The position numbers and the translations under genes are program-made. DNA of 5,263 nucleotides. It comes from a virus. Taxonomy: Duplodnaviria; Heunggongvirae; Uroviricota; Caudoviricetes. Location of the stretch: IMG/VR virus record IMGVR_UViG_2778261676_000009. One strand, given 5' to 3'. Positions within the stretch are counted from its first letter, which is position 1; the number at the start of each line of letters is the position of its first letter. The notes below the pieces were generated by a model. It saw only the letters and a program-made list of their open reading frames with translations. It was not told where the DNA came from and did not search any database. This document shows, one piece after another, positions 1-5,263 of this stretch.

Positions 1-15
1 ATGGGGGAAGGTGAG

Positions 16-333
16 GTGAATAAAATAGCTGCTATATCATTAATTAGTGTTTTTCTTATGTCTGGTTGTGCTGTGCATAATGATGAGACAAGTATCGGTA
101 AATTTGGCCTTGCATATAAAAGTAATATTCAGCGTAAACTCGATAACCAATACTACACCGAAGCCGAAGCTTCTTTAGCCAGGGGTAGAATATCTGGTGC
201 AGAAAATATAGTAAAAAATGATGCAGCCCATTTCTGTGTTACTCAGGGCAAAAAAATGCAAATAGTTGAGCTGAAGACAGAAGGTGTAGGATTACATGGT
301 GTCGCTCGTCTGACATTCAAATGTGGAGAGTGA
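16..333 (+). CDS. yegR: Small putative lipoprotein (YegR-like, about 105 aa from the GTG start); host gene flanking the prophage
   Basis: ORF in frame 1 ending TGA 331-333. N-terminus has a hydrophobic signal segment (KIAAISLISVFLMSGC) ending in a lipobox-like Cys. GTG at 16-18 is preceded by a purine-rich SD-like GGGGAAGG (3-11), whereas the ATG at 1 sits at the window edge with no visible upstream context. AT-rich composition differs from the GC-rich phage tail genes. The yegR assignment is from recalled E. coli K-12 context (yegR next to the P2 remnant genes yegZ/ogrK) and matching length, not from a search. Confidence 0.6.
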   Translation: MNKIAAISLISVFLMSGCAVHNDETSIGKFGLAYKSNIQRKLDNQYYTEAEASLARGRISGAENIVKNDAAHFCVTQGKKMQIVELKTEGVGLHGVARLTFKCGE

Positions 334-395
334 GAATATTTTTTGGTAAGCGTCAAATATGTGCGTTCTGGTTGTGCTTAGCCGGAACCTGTGCG

Positions 396-428
396 AGCAC
401 GATGCCGTTACGTGAAAGGCATCGTGCT
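396..428. repeat. Perfect 11-bp inverted repeat (AGCACGATGCC / GGCATCGTGCT) with 11-nt spacer; potential stem-loop or protein-binding site
   Basis: Read directly: 396-406 is the exact reverse complement of 418-428. Not followed by a T-run on either strand, so not a canonical intrinsic terminator. Confidence 0.5.
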
Positions 429-491
429 ATGAAGGGAGATTCTATCGATGTGGTCAATGGAAGACGGTGACCAGGGATAGGGCTTATGCAT

Positions 492-518
492 AAAAAATAA
501 GCCCGTGTAAGGGAGATT
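492..518. other. Candidate P2-type attachment-site core (attL junction): AAAAAATAAGCCCGTGTAAGGGAGATT
   Basis: The 27-nt string lies about 80 bp beyond the 3' end of int, where the P2 att core is expected, since int is transcribed toward att. It matches my recollection of the P2 core, but that recollection may be contaminated by reading the sequence. A composition shift from AT-rich host-like flank to phage DNA occurs here. Exact core boundaries are not verifiable without the other junction (attR) or an empty-site sequence. Confidence 0.45.
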
Positions 519-597
519 TAGGGTGTCACCAGTAGGGGCTTTCAACGGTACAATGCGGGTTTGAGCGGCATAAATTACCACTGAAAGCCCTTAAACG

Positions 598-1611
598 TTA
601 CTCTACTGTGGACACTGTGTGGACACTCTCGGCCTCAGTACCACCTCTTAGCGGATTAAGAGAAATGGCGTCCTGAAGGTACTCTGGCGCAAAATGAGCG
701 TAAACCATAGTTTGCTCAATCCGCGTGTGACCTAGTATCCGTTGTAGCGTGATAATACTTCCTCCATTAATCATGAAATGAGTGGCAAAGCTGTGCCTTA
801 GTGCATGTGTGGCTTGCCCCATTGGCAAATCCGGTTTTATTGCTTTCATTGTTCGTCTGAAGCGAGGGTAATCAGCATCAGGGAATAAAAAACCTCGTTT
901 GTTATCCGCGATCATTTTGGCAACAGCCTCTGAGATCGGGACGGTGCGTGGTTTGTTTGTTTTCGTTTTAACAAACGTGACGCGGTTATGGATGATATTT
1001 TCTGCTTTCAAACGAGCTGCTTCTCCCCAACGTGCTCCAGTACTCAGGCAAAGAATCGCAATCTTTTTGTTGTCGCCGTCAAGAGCAGCAAGCAGTAAGG
1101 CAATTTCTTCCTGCGTGAGATAGCCTGTGTCTGGTTTTTCCTCCTTAAGCCTTTTTGTCCCTCTGATAGGGTGCTCACCAAAGAATAACTCCGCTTCAAT
1201 CAGGGCTGTAAACATGCCGCTAATACATGTTAAATCACGATTGATACTCGAAGGTTTAATACCCTGACTTCTTCGGGTGGCGCAGTACTGGCTGATAAGC
1301 GATTTCGTAATTTGAAATGCGCATGGGTCATTCGTTATTTTTGTGAAGATTTCAATTTTTCCAAGATTAGATTTCCCATGCTCTTCGTGTTTACCCTTTA
1401 AATCCCACCAGATCTGTGTCAGCTCCGACAGACGTCGCTTGTCTGTTGGTTTTGATAGCCATTCTTTATTGTGGTGGTTGTACAACGTGTATTTCTCGAA
1501 AGCGACAGCTTCGCTTTTCTTATCAAACTTCCTACGGATGCGTTTTCCATTACGTCCAGTAGGGCGGATGTCCACTTCATATCGACCATCATCGAGTTTT
1601 TTGATTGCCAT
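598..1611 (-). CDS. int: P2-type tyrosine integrase (site-specific recombinase), 337 aa, apparently intact
   Basis: 337-aa ORF, the length of P2 Int. C-terminal catalytic signature of tyrosine recombinases is present (TGARWGEA arginine; HALRHSF His-x-x-Arg; LGHTRIEQTMVYAHF with the catalytic Tyr). Strong SD (GGAGGG, about 8 nt spacer) upstream of the ATG on the minus strand around 1617-1622. Positioned next to the att core and downstream of the C repressor gene, as in P2. Confidence 0.95.
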   Translation of the reverse strand: MAIKKLDDGRYEVDIRPTGRNGKRIRRKFDKKSEAVAFEKYTLYNHHNKEWLSKPTDKRRLSELTQIWWDLKGKHEEHGKSNLGKIEIFTKITNDPCAFQITKSLISQYCATRRSQGIKPSSINRDLTCISGMFTALIEAELFFGEHPIRGTKRLKEEKPDTGYLTQEEIALLLAALDGDNKKIAILCLSTGARWGEAARLKAENIIHNRVTFVKTKTNKPRTVPISEAVAKMIADNKRGFLFPDADYPRFRRTMKAIKPDLPMGQATHALRHSFATHFMINGGSIITLQRILGHTRIEQTMVYAHFAPEYLQDAISLNPLRGGTEAESVHTVSTVE

Positions 1612-1664
1612 CAGAAAACCCTCCGAGTGGTGTGTTTTTTTGCGACTACTAATCGCTTTTTTCG

Positions 1665-1687
1665 TGGTGGCTGAAATTTAGCCACCA
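1665..1687. repeat. 8-bp perfect stem (TGGTGGCT / AGCCACCA) with 7-nt loop in the C-int intergenic region
   Basis: Read directly from sequence. Lies within the presumably cotranscribed C-int leader on the minus strand. The T-run precedes the stem on the + strand and an A-run follows it on the minus strand, so it is not a canonical terminator in either direction. Confidence 0.4.
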
Positions 1688-1704
1688 ATAGTAGGCACTT
1701 GTGA

Positions 1705-1716
1705 TGAATATATTCA
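1705..1716. repeat. 12-bp perfect palindrome TGAATATATTCA immediately downstream of the C stop codon, flanked by a GATGAAT direct repeat (1703-1709 and 1718-1724)
   Basis: Read directly from sequence; AT-rich dyad typical of a protein-binding site. Function unknown. Confidence 0.4.
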
Positions 1717-1726
1717 CGATGAATTG

Positions 1727-2026
1727 TTAACCAGTCTTTTGACCGGAGTGGGGCGACGTTGTTTCGTTTTGCCCAAAGTGTGCGAGAGCGGGCGCAATTT
1801 GCCCGGACTCAGGAGCGATCTGATTGGTCATGAACCATAAAGTGTATTTGGTGAATTGTGGGGTCTGCAGGATGTTCATCATGACATCTGTTGGAGGTGT
1901 TGAACGACCACTTTCATAGTAACTCAGCGTGCCATACGGAACCCCTGTTAAATCAGCAAGTTGTTGTCTGCTCAAATACTCTGATTTTCGCATTAAGACT
2001 ATCTTCTCGCTTATCGTGTTTGACAT
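1727..2026 (-). CDS. C: P2 C-type immunity repressor, 99 aa, apparently intact
   Basis: 99-aa ORF, the length of P2 C. N-terminal helix-turn-helix-like segment (LSRQQLADLTGVPYGTLSYYESG). Located upstream of int on the same strand and directly abutting a promoter/operator region with direct-repeat operators, as in the P2 immunity region. Confidence 0.9.
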   Translation of the reverse strand: MSNTISEKIVLMRKSEYLSRQQLADLTGVPYGTLSYYESGRSTPPTDVMMNILQTPQFTKYTLWFMTNQIAPESGQIAPALAHFGQNETTSPHSGQKTG

Positions 2027-2059
2027 GGTGTTTAGATCTCAATAGTATTTAGTTTAGAT
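2020..2059 (+). promoter_or_regulatory. Candidate early promoter Pe (rightward) with two direct-repeat operator half-sites
   Basis: -35 TTGACA at 2020-2025 (overlapping the C start codon on the other strand), 17-bp spacer, -10 TAGTAT at 2043-2048. Direct repeats TTTAGAT at 2031-2037 and 2053-2059 are exactly 22 bp apart and flank the -10, matching the known P2 arrangement of C operators O1/O2 as direct repeats around the Pe -10. Confidence 0.6.
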
Positions 2060-2091
2060 GTAGATTATTTAGTGCTTGGATGTGGGCACTA

Positions 2092-2126
2092 AAAGGCATT
2101 ATAAGACATTAAACGCAATTCATGAG
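2092..2126 (-). promoter_or_regulatory. Candidate repressor promoter Pc (leftward), face-to-face with Pe
   Basis: Perfect TATAAT on the minus strand at 2103-2098. No good -35 at 16-18 bp spacing (best is CTCATG/TCATGA at about 2120-2126). Predicted start near 2091 would give roughly 35 nt overlap with a Pe transcript, consistent with the convergent P2 switch. The -35 region may coincide with a deletion junction. Confidence 0.35.
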
Positions 2127-2527
2127 GGCTAACGTCTTTTGCCTTGAGCACCATTGCGGTTTTCATTTCCGGTGTGTAGCGGATATCGCGCGCGGCGGGA
2201 TAGAACGAGCGCACGAGCTGGAACACGCCGACACCGAGGCCGGTGGCATCAATACCGATGTATTCGACGTTGTATTTTTCGGTGAGTTTGCGGATGGATT
2301 CCGCCTGAGTGGCAAAGTCCATGCCTTTCCACTGGTGACGCTCAAGTATTCTGAATTTGCCACCGGCCACCACCGGCGGTGCCAGTACCACGCATCCGGC
2401 GCTGTCGCCACGGTGTGACGGGTCGTAACCAATCCATACCGGACGTGAGCCGAACGGATTGGCGGCAAACGGCGCATAGTCTTCCCATTCTTCCAGCGTG
2501 TCGACCATGCAGCGTTGCAGCTCCTCA
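2092..2527 (-). pseudogene. Internal fragment of a phage terminase large subunit (N-terminal part of the RNase H-like nuclease domain); both ends missing
   Basis: Minus-strand ORF 2089-2574 contains two motifs typical of terminase nuclease domains: VWIGYDPSHRGDSAGCVVLA (hydrophobic strand, Asp, small residues) and YIGIDATGLGVGVFQL. There is no ATPase/Walker region upstream and only about 45 residues after the second motif, so it is a fragment. Boundaries are approximate: the last roughly 10-20 codons probably read through into the Pc/Pe region, and the first roughly 15 codons overlap the next fragment. Strand matches the leftward P gene of P2 prophages. Confidence 0.55.
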
Positions 2528-2823
2528 ACCGGTGTTAAACCGCGTATTCTTGGTGTGCCGGGGCTGGATACCAAAGAGGTGGCTGTTGCACTGGCATCAG
2601 TCTGTCAGAAGCTGCGCGCTTTCGGATATATCAGCGCATGGGGCTGTAAAACCATTTCCGAGGTGAAAGCCTACCGCCAGAATTTCAGCCAGCGTGAGCT
2701 GATGGTCATCTGGCCGGATTTCCTCGCATGGGATACGGTCACCAGTACCACCGCCACCGCGTATGCCACCGCCCGTGCGCTGGGTCTGCGTGCCAAAATC
2801 GACCAAGAGCAGGGCTGGCATAA
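2528..2823 (+). pseudogene. Internal fragment of a phage structural protein (possibly tail sheath FI-like); no credible start, ends at an out-of-frame junction
   Basis: Frame-2 reading gives protein-like sequence (PRILGVPGLDTKEVAVALASVCQKLRAFGYISAWGCKTISEVKAYRQNFSQRELMVIWPDFLAWDTVTSTTATAYATARALGLRAKIDQEQGWHKTL) with balanced composition, unlike the His/Arg-rich junk in the other overlapping frames. The frame is interrupted relative to the downstream T frame (TAA at 2821-2823 in frame 1). The sheath assignment is a weak recollection only. Confidence 0.4.
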
Positions 2824-3606
2824 AACGCTGTCCAACGTCGGGGTATCACCGGCATTAATGCCATCATCGCGGCAGCAGGCGCAATGGGTGCAATCTTCAC
2901 GACGGTTGGCAGTGCCGTTATGACGGCCATCGGGGCGATTAGCTGGCCGGTTGTGGCTGTGGTGGCCGCCATTGTCGCCGGGGCGTTGCTTATCCGTAAA
3001 TACTGGGAGCCTGTCAGCGCATTCTTTGGCGGTGTGGTTGAAGGGCTGAAAGCGGCATTTGCGCCGGTGAGGGAGCTGTTCACGCCACTGAAACCGGTGT
3101 TTGACTGGCTGGGCGAAAAGTTACAGGCCGCGTGGCAGTGGTTTAAAAATCTGATTGCCCCGGTTAAAGCCACACAGGACACCCTGAACCGTTGCCGTGA
3201 CACGGGGGTCATGTTCGGGCAGGCACTGGCTGACGCGCTGATGCTGCCGCTTAATGCGTTCAACAAACTGCGCAGCGGTATTGACTGGGTACTGGAAAAA
3301 CTCGGGGTTATCAACAAAGAGTCAGACACACTTGACCAGACCGCCGCCAGAACTCATGCCGCCACGTATGGCACCGGTGGTTATATTCCGGCGACCAGCT
3401 CTTATGCAGGTTATCAGGCTTATCAGCCGGTTACGGCACCGGCTGGCCGCTCTTATGTGGACCAGAGTAAAAACGAATATCACATCAGCCTGACGGGTGG
3501 TACTGCGCCGGGGACACAGCTTGACCGCCAGTTACAGGATGCGCTCGAAAAATACGAGCGGGATAAACGTGCGCGCGCCCGTGCCAGCATGATGCATGAC
3601 GGTTAA
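2824..3606 (+). pseudogene. T: C-terminal about 260 codons of the tail tape measure protein (gpT); 5' two-thirds of the gene deleted
   Basis: Frame 1 is open from the TAA at 2821-2823 to the TAA at 3604-3606. It has a Gly/Ala-rich hydrophobic segment (GAIFTTVGSAVMTAIGAISWPVVAVVAAIVAGALLI) typical of tape measure proteins, and sits immediately upstream of U and D as in P2 (T-U-D). Full-length P2 T is about 815 aa, so only the C-terminal third remains. First in-frame ATG is at 2884. Confidence 0.75.
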
Positions 3607-3611
3607 GGAGG
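3605..3611 (+). promoter_or_regulatory. Ribosome-binding site (AAGGAGG) for gene U
   Basis: Consensus Shine-Dalgarno 9 nt upstream of the ATG at 3621, overlapping the T stop codon. Confidence 0.7.
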
Positions 3612-3620
3612 TGACGAAAA

Positions 3621-4100
3621 ATGATGCTCGCGTTAGGTATGTTTGTTTTTATGCGCCAGACGCTGCCACACCAGACCATGCAGCGTGAATCAGATTATCG
3701 CTGGCCGTCAAATTCCCGTATCGGCAAACGGGATGCCTTTCAATTTCTCGGTGTGGGTGAGGAAAACATCACGCTTGCCGGTGTGCTTTATCCCGAACTG
3801 ACCGGCGGCAAGCTGACGATGGCCACGCTCAGGCTGATGGCAGAGGAAGGCCGGGCGTGGCCGTTGCTGGATGGCACCGGCATGATTTACGGCATGTATG
3901 TCATCAGCAGGGTGAGTGAAACAGGGAGTATTTTCTTTGCAGACGGCACACCCCGGAAAATTGATTTTACGCTGTCGCTCACCCGCGTTGATGAATCACT
4001 GGCCGCGCTTTATGGCGATATCGGTAAACAGGCGGAATCGCTCATCGGTAAGGCTGGCAGTATGGCGACTAAATTCACGGATATGACGGGGGCGGGATAA
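3621..4100 (+). CDS. U: P2-type tail protein gpU, 159 aa, apparently intact
   Basis: 159-aa ORF with a strong SD, matching the length and position of P2 gpU between T and D. Stop TAA 4098-4100 overlaps the D start (TAATG), indicating translational coupling. Confidence 0.9.
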   Translation: MMLALGMFVFMRQTLPHQTMQRESDYRWPSNSRIGKRDAFQFLGVGEENITLAGVLYPELTGGKLTMATLRLMAEEGRAWPLLDGTGMIYGMYVISRVSETGSIFFADGTPRKIDFTLSLTRVDESLAALYGDIGKQAESLIGKAGSMATKFTDMTGAG

Positions 4101-5263
4101 TGCTGGATGCACTGACATTTGATGCAGGCAGTACGCTGACGCCGGATTACATGCTGATGCTCGACAGCAGGGATATTACCGGCAATATCAGCGACCGTCT
4201 GATGAGCATGACCCTGACGGATAACCGGGGCTTTGAGGCTGACCAGCTTGATATTGAACTGAACGATGCCGACGGGCAGGTCGGGCTGCCGGTTCGTGGC
4301 GCTGTCCTGACGGTGTATATCGGCTGGAAAGGTTTTGCCCTGGTATGCAAAGGGAAATTTACCGTTGATGAGATTGAACACCGGGGCGCACCGGATGTGG
4401 TCACCATCCGCGCCCGGAGTGCAGATTTTCGCGGGACGCTCAATTCCCGCCGTGAAGGCTCCTGGCATGACACCACGCTCGGTGCGATTGTTGAGGCGAT
4501 AGCCTCCCGTAACAGGCTGGAAGCCAGTGTCGCTCCGTCACTGGCCGGAATTAAAATCCCGCACATCGACCAGTCGCAGGAGTCAGATGCGAAATTCCTG
4601 ACCCGTCTTGCTGAACGCAACGGCGGTGAGGTGTCGGTAAAAATGGGAAAACTGTTGTTTCTCAAAGCGGGGCAGGGGGTGACGGCCAGCGGTAAAAAAA
4701 TCCCGCAGATTACCATCACCCGCAGCGACGGCGACCGTCATCATTTTGCGATTGCTGACCGTGGAGCCTATACCGGCGTAACGGCAAAGTGGCTTCACAC
4801 CAAAGACCCGAAGCCGCAAAAGCAGAAGGTAAAACTGAAACGCAAAAAGAAAGAGAAACACCTGCGCGCACTGGAACACCCGAAAGCGAAACCGGTCAGG
4901 CAGAAGAAAGCGCCTAAAGTACCGGAAGCGCGTGAAGGTGAATACATGGCCGGTGAGGCTGACAACGTTTTTGCCCTGACCACGGTATATGCCACGAAAG
5001 CGCAGGCCATGCGCGCCGCTCAGGCGAAGTGGGATAAGCTGCAACGGGGCGTTGCGGAGTTCTCCATCAGTCTGGCTACCGGTCGTGCTGATATTTACAC
5101 GGAAACACCGGTTAAAGTGTCAGGCTTTAAGCGCGTCATAGACGAGCAGGACTGGACAATCACTAAGGTGACACATTTTCTGAATAATAGCGGCTTCACG
5201 ACGTCCTTGGAGCTTGAGGTCAGGCTTTCTGATGTGGAGTACGAAACAGAAGATGATGAGTGA
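4100..5263 (+). CDS. D: P2-type tail protein gpD (Phage_GPD family, baseplate hub-like), 387 aa, apparently intact
   Basis: 387-aa ORF, the length of P2 gpD, immediately after U with the ATG overlapping the U stop. Ends TGA 5261-5263 at the window edge. Contains a highly basic Lys-rich segment (residues about 235-277). In P2 the next gene downstream would be ogr, outside this window. Confidence 0.9.
   Translation: MLDALTFDAGSTLTPDYMLMLDSRDITGNISDRLMSMTLTDNRGFEADQLDIELNDADGQVGLPVRGAVLTVYIGWKGFALVCKGKFTVDEIEHRGAPDVVTIRARSADFRGTLNSRREGSWHDTTLGAIVEAIASRNRLEASVAPSLAGIKIPHIDQSQESDAKFLTRLAERNGGEVSVKMGKLLFLKAGQGVTASGKKIPQITITRSDGDRHHFAIADRGAYTGVTAKWLHTKDPKPQKQKVKLKRKKKEKHLRALEHPKAKPVRQKKAPKVPEAREGEYMAGEADNVFALTTVYATKAQAMRAAQAKWDKLQRGVAEFSISLATGRADIYTETPVKVSGFKRVIDEQDWTITKVTHFLNNSGFTTSLELEVRLSDVEYETEDDE

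Noticed and set aside
396-428. Inverted repeat as the intrinsic terminator of yegR
   Set aside because: No U-tract follows the stem on either strand; kept only as an unexplained dyad.
899-1681. + strand ORFs 899-1123, 1343-1681 and 1471-1674 overlapping the integrase gene
   Set aside because: They are antisense to a well-supported, full-length integrase ORF; products are low-complexity or Arg/Ser/Phe-rich without recognisable motifs or RBS.
2080-2112. 10-codon + ORF (ATG 2080) just downstream of Pe
   Set aside because: Too short and without an RBS; more likely untranslated leader or operator DNA.
2122-2418. 98-aa + ORF downstream of Pe as a possible cox replacement
   Set aside because: His/Arg/Cys-rich non-protein-like sequence lying antisense to the terminase fragment; it looks nothing like a small Cox/excisionase-type DNA-binding protein. 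Cox appears deleted.
2163-2821. Overlapping ORFs 2163-2528 (-), 2379-2666 (+) and 2597-2821 (-)
   Set aside because: Alternative frames of GC-rich phage coding DNA; compositions (Gly-runs, Arg/Trp/His-rich) are typical of out-of-frame translation.
2739-3679. Minus-strand ORFs 2739-3329 and 3485-3679 and + ORF 3254-3493 within the T fragment
   Set aside because: Antisense or out-of-frame to the tape measure frame, which is the only frame with tape-measure-like composition and the correct context.
4010-5044. Minus-strand ORFs 4010-4468, 4147-4719, 4583-5044 and 4795-5010 inside U/D
   Set aside because: Antisense to full-length, translationally coupled U and D genes; Arg/Ser/Phe-rich junk composition.
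1-5263. A novel defence or other undescribed system hidden in the window
   Set aside because: All substantial coding capacity is accounted for by recognisable P2-family genes or fragments plus one host lipoprotein. The P2 defence hotspots (old/tin and Z/fun regions) lie in the deleted interior, and no unexplained intact ORF of meaningful size remains.
1-5263. CRISPR array, tRNA or rRNA
   Set aside because: No regularly spaced direct repeats and no tRNA-like or rRNA-like sequence seen. The att core does not look embedded in a tRNA 3' end, consistent with P2 integrating at non-tRNA sites.

Overview
The window is the left junction and a heavily decayed interior of a P2-like (Peduovirus-type) prophage in an enterobacterial chromosome, most likely Escherichia. 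Left to right: a small host lipoprotein gene (yegR-like, +); an AT-rich junction region carrying a candidate P2-type att core (attL); an intact tyrosine integrase (-); an intact C-type immunity repressor (-); the face-to-face Pe/Pc immunity switch with two TTTAGAT operator repeats; then, instead of cox-B-A and the head genes, a short internal fragment of a terminase large-subunit nuclease domain (-), an internal fragment of another structural protein (+), a C-terminal fragment of the tape measure gene T (+), and intact tail genes U and D (+). At least three deletion junctions are inferred (about 2104-2150, 2500-2560 and 2821-2840). I found no CRISPR array, tRNA or rRNA, and no convincing evidence of a novel defence or other undescribed system; the most interesting features are the retained, apparently intact immunity module and the U-D tail/baseplate genes in an otherwise gutted prophage. 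Protein identities rest on recalled family features and P2 gene order and lengths, not on any database search.
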